From Prasinococcaceae sp. CCMP 1430 (lineage: Eukaryota > Plantae > Prasinodermophyta), in contig RQSC01000011.1 of assembly GCA_013416795.1 (NCBI GenBank), positions 112,721 through 176,720 on the forward strand: 64,000 nt of DNA. Direction: 5' to 3'. The translations under genes were made by a program, and so were the position numbers. The notes beneath the pieces are model-generated. The model was not told where the DNA came from, ran no database searches, and saw only the letters and a program-made list of their open reading frames with translations. This document shows, piece by piece, positions 39,781-50,639 of this stretch (within the stretch, counting starts at the first letter, position 1; each line of letters starts with the position of its first letter).

Positions 39781-42700
39781 TCAATCCTGGCCACTCTCCG
39801 CCCTCTGCGCCCTCTTGCGCTCCCTGCGCTTCCTCCGCCGATCCGGGTCGCGCGTAGGTGCCTCGGTGGGTGGCGCGACGGGTGGGGCTTTGGTGGGGCT
39901 TTTGGTGGGGCTCCTGGTCATCCGCCTGTCGGTGGGCGCATCTGTAGGCGCGGCGCTCGGCCTGGCGGTGTCTGTCGGAGACTTGGTTGGGCTCGGCGAG
40001 GGGCGCCTGGTTGGCGACTTCGTCGGCGGGGCGTTGATTGGACGCGTGGGTGGCTCGGTGGGCGCCGCGGTCGGCCTGCGCGTGGTGATCGGGGCAAAGG
40101 GTGCGTCCGTTGGCATCCGCACCGGCTGCGGCGTCGGCTGCTGCGTCGGCTGCGGCGTCGGCTGAGGCGTCGGCTGAGGCGTCGGCTGCGGCGTCGGCTG
40201 CGGCGTCGGCTGAGGCGTCGGCTGCGGCGTCGGCTCCCGTGTCGGCTGGGGCGTCGGCTGGGGCGTCGGCGCAGGCGTCGGCGCAGGCGTCGGCGCAGGC
40301 GTTGATGCGGACACAGGCGCTGTGGTTTCGGCCCTGGTCGGAGGCGGTGTCGGTGTGGTGGGAGGTTCCACTGGCGCTGCGATGGGCGCTCTGGTGTCAG
40401 AGACCTCCGTACTCTCTACCGGCGCTGCCACGGGAGCTTCAGATTCAATGGCCATGGCGGCTGGCAGCTCAACGGGGGAAGCCTCCGGAGTTTCCGTTTG
40501 GGAACCCCCCACGCCGCACGTCTCAGCTGCGTCCGGGCAGCAGTCACCACTGGACGCGCAGAGTTCATCACAGAAGCACTGGCCAGCAGCCGAGCCGACG
40601 CCACACAGACCCTCGCAGAACTTCTGACCATCCGCGACGTTCGCGTCGCCGCCCCCAACGGCCACCGCCTCGAAGCACTGGCTTGCGTTGAGCTGCTCCA
40701 CATTCATGTTCTTGAAGCTCGCGAAGCCGTGATCGGGCGGCGTCGCGCAGATGCGGTCTCCCGGAGAGAGCGCGGTGGCGAGCTCGAACACCGCCCAAGT
40801 CACGTACTCCCGCGGGATCATGGTGCCGTTGGCCTGCGCGGCTGCGCTCCTGTTCTGGCCCGACCGATCGGTGAAGACCGTCGAGGTGGGCGTCTGAATG
40901 GGCAGGAGGCCGGAGCGCACCAGCAGGCCGTCGTCGAGGCGGACGGCGTTGATCGGGATGAAGTTTCCTTGGCAGTCGTCAAGCCTGATGACCATCTCGG
41001 TGACGTTGACGCTGTTGGCGACTTGGAGCACCACCTCGGTCACGTTCTGGTCGCGCGTGGTGGCCCCGGTAGCCTGCTTGGGGCGGAAGGTGTACGACAC
41101 CGGGTACGACGAGGACTGGCACGACGGCAGACCGAGCTCAATGAGCGGGTCTGACTGCGGCGGCAGTGACGGCGGCTGCGTCGGCGCGGGGGTGTCCGGT
41201 TCGCCCACGCTGCCACCGCCGGGCGACGTGCCGTTGGACGTGACGTTGCCGGCGCCATCAGGCTCGTCCTGCACCTCCTCCAGATCCTGATCGGGCGCCT
41301 CGCCGTCGCCGGGGCACCCGACGCCGCAGGTGTCGCACGCGTCGGGGCAGCAGTCGTTGTTGAGCGAGCACGCGGCGTCGCAGAAGCAGTTGTACGTGCC
41401 ACTGCCGACTCCGCACAGGTTCGCGCAGGCCACGACGGGCTGCTCGTCGGTCGCGTTCGGCGCAGCCGGGGGGGTGCCGCTGGAGTTGGTGGCTCCGCCC
41501 TCGGCCTTCTCGGCGCACTGCGAGCTGGAGAGGACGTTTCCCGCCGAGTCCTGGAAGGTGGCGTTGCCGCGGTCGGGCGGCGTGGCGCACAGGACGGCCC
41601 CCGGCTCGATGGGTCGCGCGAGCTCAAACGTGACCCACAAGTCGTACGAGCGGGGCGTCTCGATCGCGTCCTGCTGGCGCGCGTCGCGCTTCTTCTTGAT
41701 TTCAGCGTCGCCCTGCGCGGGCAGGGTGCGGTTGAGTCCGCTCCTGTCCGCGAAGATGATGTTGCCCTCCGAATCCGTCTGCGGCAGCATTCCACTGCGC
41801 ACCAGAAGCCCCTCGTCCAGGCGCACGCCCACGACGGGGATCGTCTCTCCGAAGCAGTCGTCGATGCGCACGGAGGCGGCGCCCACCGGCGCCGCGTTCG
41901 CGACGTACCAGGACACCTCCGTCACGTTGTGGTCGCGGCTGGTAGGCGCGGTCTGCTGCTTGGGCCGGAAGAGGTGCGACACCGGGAAGGTCGACTCGGA
42001 GCAGCCCGGAAGGTCGTCGAGGGGCTGGGCCTCGCCGCCGGTCCCGCCCCCCGGGCTCTCGACTTCCGCTCCGCAGCCGACGTTGCAGGTAATGCACGCG
42101 TCCCAGCAGCAGTCGGACGTAAACGAGCACTGCGTGTCGCAGAAGCAGTCGGCCACACCGTTGCCCGCGCCGCACAGCCCCGTGCACAGTGGCTCACGGC
42201 CCTCAGCAGCGCCGGCGCCGCCGCCGTCACCGCCCGCCGCCGTGCCATTGGCGTCCGGCTGCGCGTCTGGTCCTTCCACCGGCGCGCTCTCCACGCACTG
42301 GTTGGTGCCCGACACCGGCAGCCCCCCGAAGCGGAACTGCGCGTCGCCGAAGTCTGGTGCCTGCGCGCACACGAAGGAGCCCACCGGGAGCGGGGAGACG
42401 AGCTCGAAGGTGGCCCACAGCTCGAAGTGGCGCGGATCCGCTATGTGGTCCTCGGCCATGGCAGGCACGCTCCGGTTCTGGCCGCTGCGGTCTGCGAAGC
42501 TGACGTACGTGCCGACGGCTTGCGGCAGCATACCGCTGCGCACGAGGAGGCCCTCGTCCAGTCGCACCGACCTCACGGGCACGAAATGGCCCAGGCAGTC
42601 GTCCAGCTGCAAGGAGATCTCTCCCACCGGCACTGCGTTGCTGACGAAGAGCGAGACCTCGCCCACCCCCGTGTGCGAGCGATGCGCCGCCTTCGGCCGG

Positions 42701-44225
42701 AATTGGTACGAGACGTTGGCCGTCGCGTTGTGGCACAACGGCAGGTCGGGGGTGGGGTGCTGCGTAGGGTCTGTGTGGTCGTGCCCACCATCCGTGGCCG
42801 GTGGGTTTGCGTCCGTGGTGTTCGCCGCCTGCTCGCCGTCCGAGGCAGCGGCCCCGCCGCCGTCGTTACCCTCGTCGCAGTGCCCACACGTCTCGCACGC
42901 GTCCCAGCAGCAGTCCTGAGTGAGCAGGCACTGCGCGTCGCAGTAACACTCGTACTCCGCGTTGCCTCCGAGGTTGCACAGGCCGGCGCACAGGGGCTCC
43001 TTTTCCTCCCCGGGCTCGCTGCCGCTCGCGTCCGCGCCGCCGTCGGGCTGGGCTGGCGTCCCTTCGACGCTCGTCGAGTTCGGCTTCTGCGAGGCTTGCT
43101 CCACGCACTGGCAGCTCGTGGCGTTGGTTGGCGTAAACTCAGCGTCGCCGAAGTCGGGCGGTTGGGCGCACACGTAGGCGCCGGGAGGCAAGGGGTCCAC
43201 GAGCTCGAATGTGGCCCACAGATCGAACGGGCGCGGAGAAGCGCCATCAGTGCCCTCCGTGGCCATCGCGGTGCGGTTCTGGCCGCTCCTGTCGGCGAAG
43301 GAGACGTGAGCACCGTCGGCCTGGGGGAGGAGGCCGCTGCGAATGAGGAGCCCCTCGTCGAGACGGACCGCCTTCACCGGCAGGAAGTGTCCGAAGCAGT
43401 CGTCGAGCTGCACGCGCAACTGCGATACTGGCGTCTGGCTGGATACGAACATGCTCATTTCGGTCACCGAGTGCGCGCGATGCGCTGCCTTGGGGCGGAA
43501 GAAGTACTTGATGTCTGCTGTCGCGTTGCTGCACAGCGGGAGATCTGGGAAAGGGTGCTGGTCCGGGTCGGCGTGATCGTGCCCGGCGCTGGCCGACGGC
43601 TCCTGCTGCGACGCACCGTCTGCGCCCCCGTCGGTCGACGGCGCGCTCTCCGAGAGTGGGAGCTGGCACTGCGTCGCGCCGATCGCACCGTCCTGCGCAG
43701 ACACGGCGAACACCATGAGGCCGAGAGGGTCCTGCGCGCACGTCTGGGCGATCCCGGTGCCCGCGGGGAACGAAAACGTGGTCCACAAGTTGTACTCCCT
43801 CGCCGCGCCTTGCCCCGCCGCCTCGATCTCCGGGACCACCAGATTCTCCGGGTTGGCGAACGCGAAGTTCCCGTCGAACGTCTGCGCCACGAATCCCAGC
43901 TCGCCGAGGAGGCCGCCGCTCGCCGCGACAGGCGACAGCTCGCCGCCGCCGCAGTCGTCAAGGCGCCCGCTGAGGCTTGCGAGGGGCACGCGGTTGGACA
44001 CGTACAGGTCCACGAGGCTGCCGTTGTTGCGCTCCGTCAGGAAGTATGCGATGTCCAGCGTCGCCACCGAGCAGAGGGGCAGCGGCGGCTCGAACGGCAG
44101 CGGCTGCGCCTGCTCGGGCAGTGACGTGCCCGCCACGGTCGGCGGCGGAACCTGTGACGCGGCCGCGCCCCCATCCTGCGCCGCCGCCAATCGCGGCTGC
44201 GAGGACGCGGCCACCAGCGCCGCCG
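39781..44225 (-). CDS. Secreted modular protein: 5x unrecognised ~140-aa domain, 4x somatomedin-B-like domain, Pro/Thr-rich stalk; start probably in the 49-nt gap
   Basis: Signal-peptide-like AALVAASSQPRLAAAQD; SMB-like CxCDxxCxxxxDCCxD four times; repeated LPxC...FRPK...DDC...VRLDEGLL.RSG.LP...DRSG.NR...W.TFEL...CA.PPD.G.A.F...QC; PTPQ repeats; many NxS/T sequons. Confidence 0.85.
40123..40302 (-). repeat. 12-nt tandem repeat encoding (PTPQ/PTPA)n
   Basis: Directly visible GCGTCGGCTG(C/A)G-type units inside the secreted protein gene. Confidence 0.9.
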
Positions 44226-44274
44226 NNNNNNNNNNNNNNNNNNNNNNNNNNNNNNNNNNNNNNNNNNNNNNNNN
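44226..44274. other. Assembly gap (N run)
   Basis: Run of N at the 5' end of the SMB-repeat gene. Confidence 1.
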
Positions 44275-46354
44275 GTGACGCTGCGCTTGGCCAAGGCGCG
44301 GGAGGAGGTCGCCAGCGAGCAATAGCGAGGTCGCCTGCAAGCAACGGTTTTGTACACCCAGTAAACTTTTGATAGCCTAGCATGGCAGCGTTCTTGACAC
44401 CTCTCGCTGTACACTCGAGGCTGCGCGCGCGCGGGCCCTCCATTGCCACGACTGGCGGGCCTCTCCATCCTTCCAAAAAAAAGGTCAAAAAGCACGCGTT
44501 GTGGGGCGGAATCTCCACCGTGAAAGACAAAATGCTCGACGGCGGTGCCGACATTGCGGGCAGCCTCGGCAGCCTCGGCAGCCTCGGGCCCACGGCAGGC
44601 GTGCGCGCGCGCGTGCCACTGGTGTGGCGGCGGGGAGGGGGCAGGCCCGGGCGTCCTCAGCACCTCCTCAGCACCTCTTCACCTCACCCGCGAAAATCTT
44701 CTCCCGCGCGCATCCCCCCGCCGGGCGGCACGGTGGGGGTCCCATCCTCGCTGGCGCAGGGAGCCACGCGCGCCAAACGCATGGTCGTCGCGCACGCGCA
44801 CACGAGGAGAGCGCTTGCAGCCGCACGTCGATGCTTTCGGAAGGGTCGTGCGCGGAAGAGTCGTGAGCAGGCGGGGTCATAGAGTAATCAGCAACCATGG
44901 GTAGGAGCAGGCACGCAGCACGCCTCCCACGCGCACGCACGCGCAGCGAAGGGTCAAGGATTCATGCGCGGTCAACCGCGCGCACATCGACGAGGTGCAG
45001 GCAAACGGCGTGCCAAACTTGCACTGCCAAGTGGCAGGCGGCGCCACGCCTAGCGCCGCAGCGGAGCGAAGGCTCCTTCGTGGCGTTCCGAGGTAGGCGC
45101 GCCGTCGCAAATATCGTATGTCTCAGCGCTGGCACGCGTATGCGTCGCTGCACCTGCTGTAGGGGCGCCGCGCGCGTCGCTCGGGAGCGCGGTGCGGTGG
45201 TGCGGCCCGCGTCCCGCGGCGCAGGACCGCGCGCCTCAGCTCCCCCCTACCTCGCCGCCGCTCTCGCGCGCGGCGAGGCGGAGGCGCGGGCTGCGCGCGG
45301 CGACCCGCGGCGTCGCCATAAACACTCCCGTGGGTTATCTAATACTAAAGTGAAATTGAGTATATGCTGCGCCACTGCCCATGTAAACCCTTTCGCAAGC
45401 GCCTTCGAATTTCCCTAAAGGCCACACCGAAAGTTGGGGTCGGGCGCCCGCGGTCGGTCGGCGCGCACGCCCACCATGCGATCTCGCCCGACGACGCCTT
45501 CTCGTGCCTTTTGATGCAGTACGCAACACCTTGTCACCCACGGGAGACTTTTTTAAACGCAATTCAAAGTTTTGATCGCGAGGCCCGGCGCGTGCAGGGC
45601 CACACGTTCGTTCGTTCGCACGCGTCCCACGGACGGCAGCCGCGGCGCCCTGTGCTCTATTTCAAAAAAAAAAGGCGCCGTCGAAACGAATGCGCGCCAC
45701 GGAAAAAAAAAGGGAAAAAGGCGGCGAAAAAAGGATCGACGCGCGAGACGGGCAATTAAAAAAAAATGTGCGCTGTCGGCCTTCGATTTGACGTGCGGGG
45801 GGGGGGGCGAGCGGCCGGGGCTGAAAAGCGGGCGAAAAGGCGCCGTCGCAGGCAGGCCAAAAAGCGCGCTCGCATTGACGTGGCGGTCGACGGGCCCCGC
45901 ACGCCTCCGCCCCATTTGAGGTCAGATACGTAATTAGGGTTTGATTTCAGCGCCACATGCTATTATTTTTGATACGATTACTGCGTAGATGGGGTTTGGG
46001 TTTGGCCGCCGCCCGGGCCGCGGGTGCGCCCCGCAGGCCAGGTGCGCGGAAGCGGTAAATGGATAAGCTGATCGGCTGCGCGTCCGGGGCGTAGATCAAA
46101 ACGCATGCGTTTTGCGCCGGCGGCCGACCGGCCTGCTGCGGAAAGCCCTCGGTGCGCGCGCGCGCGGGCGCGGCGGCGGCGGCGGCGGCACGGGGAAGTG
46201 GGGGACGAGGCCTGGTGAGGGTGGGTGGGTGGGTGGGGGAGGATGTGGAGGTGGGTAGGACGAGTGGCTGGGCTGGGAGGGTGCCACTCCGAGCGACCGT
46301 AGCAGCCCCACTCCTCCCCCTCACTCCCCGTCCCTTTTCCCCCTCTCACCAGCG

Positions 46355-47369
46355 ATGGCGTTCACTGCTGCGAAGGGCGCCTCTGCGTCGCTGCGCGCCG
46401 CCGCGCGCGCGCCCGCCGCGCGCCACCCGCCGGCGCGCTGACGCGCTCGCGCCCGCCGCGCCGCCCGCCGCCGACGAACAGCCGCTCGTTGGCACCCAGG
46501 CGCCCGACTTCGAGGCGACCGCCGTGTTCGACCAGGAGTTCGTCGACGTGAAGCTCTCGGACTACAAGGGCAAGTACGTCGTGCTCTTCTTCTACCCGCT
46601 GGACTTCACCTTCGTGTGCCCGACCGAGATCACCGCGTTCTCCGACCGCATGGATGAGTTCAAGGCGATCAACACCGAGGTGCTCGGCTGCAGCGTCGAC
46701 AGCGAGTTCTCGCACCTCGCGTGGGTGCAGACCGATCGCAAGGCGGGCGGCCTCGGCGACATCGCGTACCCGCTGGTGTCGGACCTCAAGAAGGAGATCG
46801 CCGAGAGCTTCGGCGTGCTCTCCCAGGAGGACGGCGTCGCGCTGCGCGGCCTCTTCATCATCGACAAGGAGGGCGTGGTGCAGCACTCGACCATCAACAA
46901 CCTCGCCTTCGGCCGCAACGTCGACGAGACCATCCGCACGCTGCAGGCGCTGCAGTACGTGCAGGTACGTGACAGCAGCGCGCCGCGGGGGAGCGCGACG
47001 CACCGATTGCGTCACGCGCAGCTCAGCGCTTCGCGTGCGCGTGCAGCGCGCGCGCACACTTCGCCACCACGCGCAGGTGCTGACAGCCTGCTGCGCCGCC
47101 GCTCTCCTGACCCGCGCCGCAACAGGACAACCCGGACGAGGTGTGCCCCGCCGGCTGGAAGCCCGGTGATGCTACCATGAAGCCCAACCCGGAGGAGTCC
47201 AAGGAGTACTTCTCGGCACTCTGTAAGTTGCCGCGAGGCGCGCCTGCGAGCCGATCGATCGCGCCCGCGCGGCAGTGCGAACGCCCCTCGTTGCGCGCCG
47301 ATACTGACGCCCGTGCGCCCGCTCTCTCTCTCTCTCTCTATCTATCTCACGCGCGCGCGCTTCACAGAA
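46355..47369 (+). CDS. BAS1: Plastid 2-Cys peroxiredoxin; mature exons ~46470..46964 and 47126..47222, stop completed at 47368..47369
   Basis: [33 protein letters not shown] (peroxidatic Cys), [14 protein letters not shown] (resolving Cys), EYFSAL. The transit-peptide exon from ATG 46355 is out of frame with the core. Confidence 0.95.
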
Positions 47370-47693
47370 ACGCCTCGTCCGCGCGCAGCGCGTCAGGGGG
47401 GTGGCGGCGGTTGCCTGTAACTCGGGAAGCAAGAGGCGCAATTGCGCTGCCTTCTCCGACTGTAAGTGAATGAGCAATAGCACCCACGATGCACCGATGG
47501 TGGAGTCGCGCACCGCGTCCACGCTCGCGCGGATGCCGCGCCCTCACCAGCTGAAAGGGTGGGGGAGCGCCTGGGCCCGGGGGCGGAGGGGCGAACGTAT
47601 CAACACCTAACTTGTTACCTGATCCAAGCATGGCGTCTCCAGAGAAGGAAAAAGAACACATCAGGCGGCCTCGCCCCGTGCCCGTCCCCGCCT

Positions 47694-48349
47694 TTACTGC
47701 TCCGGCGAGGCCTTGGCGCTGTCGGCGCCCACGAGGCGCTTGAGGCGCTGCGCGACGGATGGCCTGGGCGCCGTCTTCATCGAGCCGTCCTCGTTGGGCA
47801 TCTCCGCAGGCAGCGCGGCCGCAGCTGCGCGCGGCGGGAGGACGGCCAAGGGAGGCAAAGCAGGGCGCGGCCAGGGGCGCGTTCAGGCGGGTCAGCAGTG
47901 CAGCCGAGCACCAAAGGATCGCTGGCGCTCGCTGGGCGCGGGGCGTCGCCGGCGGACACCCGCGCACCCGCCCGCGGTGGTGCGCGCTCCGCCCTCGCGC
48001 GCTGCGGCGGCGCACCGTTTGTGAAGAAGTTCAGCGAAACGAACGCCAGAATGGGGCTGAAGTCGAGCCCGCCGAGCGGCGGCACGATGCCGCGGAAGAG
48101 GCCGAGGTACGGGTCGCACAGCGTGGAGAGCGGGCCGACCAGGGCGCGCGGCGGGTTGGGGAACCACGTGAGGATGAGGCGAATGATGAGCAAGGTGTTG
48201 TAGATGTTGAGCGTGGACGCGATGCCCGTGGTGATGACGTACTCGGCGGGCGACGATCCCGGGATGATGGCCGCGAAGCACCCGCGGCGGCGCGGGTCGA
48301 CCGCGACGGCGTCCACGCTCGCCGGCGCCGCGCCCTCGGGCGCGCGCAC
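47694..48349 (-). CDS. YLMG2: YGGT/YlmG family protein (YLMG2-like); join(complement 48016..>48349, 47694..47824); start missing
   Basis: LNIYNTLLIIRLILTWFPNPP...LSTLCDPYLGLFRGIVPPLGGLDFSPILAF; intron 48015..47825 gives FTN|AAAALPAEMP, typical of YLMG2. Confidence 0.88.
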
Positions 48350-48361
48350 GCGGAACGCGCG

Positions 48362-49074
48362 AGTCCTCTTTACTTTCGTCGGTGCCTGCCTCGAACAGTA
48401 GCTTCAAGCAGTCGACGTGCCCGAGCTCGGCTGCGACGTGCACAGCAATGCGTCCCGAGTCTGATACCATCAGCTCCGTACTCGCGTCCAGCTTCAGCAG
48501 CAAGCGAAGGCGGTTGGCGTTTCCACTCTCGGCAGCGAGGTACGCGAGAGGCCTTGGGTGACCATCGAGCGTGTCAGGCTCCATTCGGTCTATGTCGGCG
48601 CCCGCCGCAATTAGCAATCGCAAGCAATCCTCGTGGTCAAACTCTGCTGCTGCGTGGAGAGCGGTGCACTCATCGACGTTGAACTTGTGGATGTCAGCAC
48701 CCGCCTCGATCAATAGGCGCAGGCAGTCTACGTTGCCCCGCTTTGCGGCGTAGTAGGTAGGAGTCTCTCCATTAGCGTCTTGCTTGTCCTTATCGGCACC
48801 CGCTTCAAGCAGCACCCGCAGGCAGCCGACGTTGCCCTCCTTGGCTGCGCAGTGAGCAGGGGCCATTCCGTAGAAGCCTCTCTTGTCCTTGTCGATGCCA
48901 GCCTCGAGCAGCATCTGCATGTTCTCGGAGTTGCCCCACGATGCCGCGTGGTTCGCGGCGACGCTCACACCAATGCGCGCAGCGTCGCGTGACATCCGCA
49001 GGCTGCGCAGGTACGCCGCGTTCACCCCCTCCGTCTCCGCCAGGAGCAGCACCGACTGGCGCGCGGTCTCCGCC
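48362..49074 (-). CDS. Ankyrin-repeat protein fragment (about six repeats), lacking its own start and stop
   Basis: Repeats such as GADKDKQDANGETPTYYAAKRGNVDCLRLLIEAGAD; visibly more AT-rich third positions than flanking genes; bounded by N at 49075 and by YLMG2. Confidence 0.8.
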
Positions 49075-49339
49075 NCGGCGCGTCCGCGGCGCCAGGCGCG
49101 GCCTGCGGCGCCCCGCCGCGCGGCCGCCTCCAATTGACTGCCCGCGCCAGAGTCCAGCGCGGGCGGACAGATACGGGCGGTACATCCGCACGCGCCATGC
49201 CATGCGCGCGAGCGAGAAAGAGACGGAGCGAGCGAGTGCGTCGTGCGCGGCGATGCGAGCTGACCCCGCACCTGCTTCACTGCGCGCGTGCGCCACAGGC
49301 GGCTGGGGGCGACGTCGAGGGCGAGCGAGTGCGAGAGCC

Positions 49340-50512
49340 ATGGCTGCTATGGCTGCGATGACCCCCGCGGCGCCGGCGTCGCAGATGCACGCCGCGCGTG
49401 GCAACACGGTGGCGGCACCCCAGCCGCAGCGGTCCAGCGCGCTGTCCGCGAGGGGAGGGGTGGTACGGCGCTGGGGTGCTGCGCGCATGCGGCGGGGCGT
49501 GGTGGCGGCAGCGGCGGCGGGCTCCCAGCAAGCACCCGAGGAGAGCAGCGGCAGCGAGGGCAGCAAGAGCAGCGGGCAAGGCATCGGCGGCGGCCTGCTT
49601 CGTCCGCTGCGCGACTTCGGGTTCGGCTCGAAGTCGATAGCCGAGGGCGGCGTCGGGCTGTTCCTCGTGACGGGCGTGGGCTTCTTTTGTGCGGTGTTCG
49701 GGTGGGTGAGCAAGCAGCGCATGGCGTCGCTGTCGACATCGTACGAGGCGACAATGAGGTTTCCGATGGCGTGCGGCATCGAGGTGGGCACGCCGGTGCG
49801 CATCCGTGACGTGCGCGCGGGGCAGGTGCGGTCGGTGCGCCCGACGCTCGCCGCGGTCGAGGTGGTGGTCGACATGGTCGACGAGACGTGCATCATCCCC
49901 AAAAACGCGAAGGTGGAGGTGAACCAGCACGGCCTGATTGCGGAGACGATGATCGACATCACACCGCAGCTGCCGCTGCCCGAGCCCAAGCATTCGCCGC
50001 TCGATGTGGAGGCGTGCCGCCGCGAGGGCGCGCTGATCTGCAACGGCGACTCCGTCGACGGCGAGACGGGCGTGAGCCTCGACGACCTGGTGGCCATCAT
50101 GACGCGCCTGAGCCGCGAGACCGAGAAGCACGGCCTCGACAAGCTCTTCAAGGCGGCGGACACCGCGGAGATGATGATGCGCGACGCGCATCCGCTGCTC
50201 GACCGTGTTGAGAAGATCTCAGCCGAAATCGCACCCCTGCTCAAGTCGGCCAACGACGAGGACATGCTCAAATCGCTGCAGGCGCTCGTCGACAACGCGG
50301 CCGCGCTCGCCGATGATGTGCACGAGCTCAACAGGGTGGTTCTCACGGACGAGAACAAGGGGCTCATTCGGGACTCCATCGCGACGCTCACGGAGACGCT
50401 GCGCCACGTGGAAGGCATCTCGGGCGACGTCGGCAAGATCACCGGCGACGATGGCACGCAGTACAACCTCAAGCAGCTCGTCGAGGCGCTCAGTCGCATG
50501 CTCAACGAGTAG
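49340..50512 (+). CDS. TGD2: Trigalactosyldiacylglycerol 2 (MlaD/MCE domain plastid lipid transporter subunit)
   Basis: Transit peptide, then FGFGSKSIAEGGVGLFLVTG (TM), CGIEVGTPVRIR, VEVNQHGLIAETMIDITP, C..EGALIC, GVSLDDLV. Confidence 0.93.
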   Translation: MAAMAAMTPAAPASQMHAARGNTVAAPQPQRSSALSARGGVVRRWGAARMRRGVVAAAAAGSQQAPEESSGSEGSKSSGQGIGGGLLRPLRDFGFGSKSIAEGGVGLFLVTGVGFFCAVFGWVSKQRMASLSTSYEATMRFPMACGIEVGTPVRIRDVRAGQVRSVRPTLAAVEVVVDMVDETCIIPKNAKVEVNQHGLIAETMIDITPQLPLPEPKHSPLDVEACRREGALICNGDSVDGETGVSLDDLVAIMTRLSRETEKHGLDKLFKAADTAEMMMRDAHPLLDRVEKISAEIAPLLKSANDEDMLKSLQALVDNAAALADDVHELNRVVLTDENKGLIRDSIATLTETLRHVEGISGDVGKITGDDGTQYNLKQLVEALSRMLNE

Positions 50513-50639
50513 GGCACCCGGTTTGGCCTGCTGTAACTGCAAGAGGTTGGTGTTGTCGCGACGAGACAGGCGTTTGCAGTGCGCAGCCGTCCGCGCGGCG
50601 CGCGCGTGCGCCGCTGGGTAGTTGGTAAAGAACAATTAT

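Noticed and set aside
45494-45525. CTTCTCGTGCCTTTTG resembling the 5' end of U2 snRNA
   Set aside because: The following sequence lacks the U2 branch-pairing GTGTAGTA and Sm site; probably chance.
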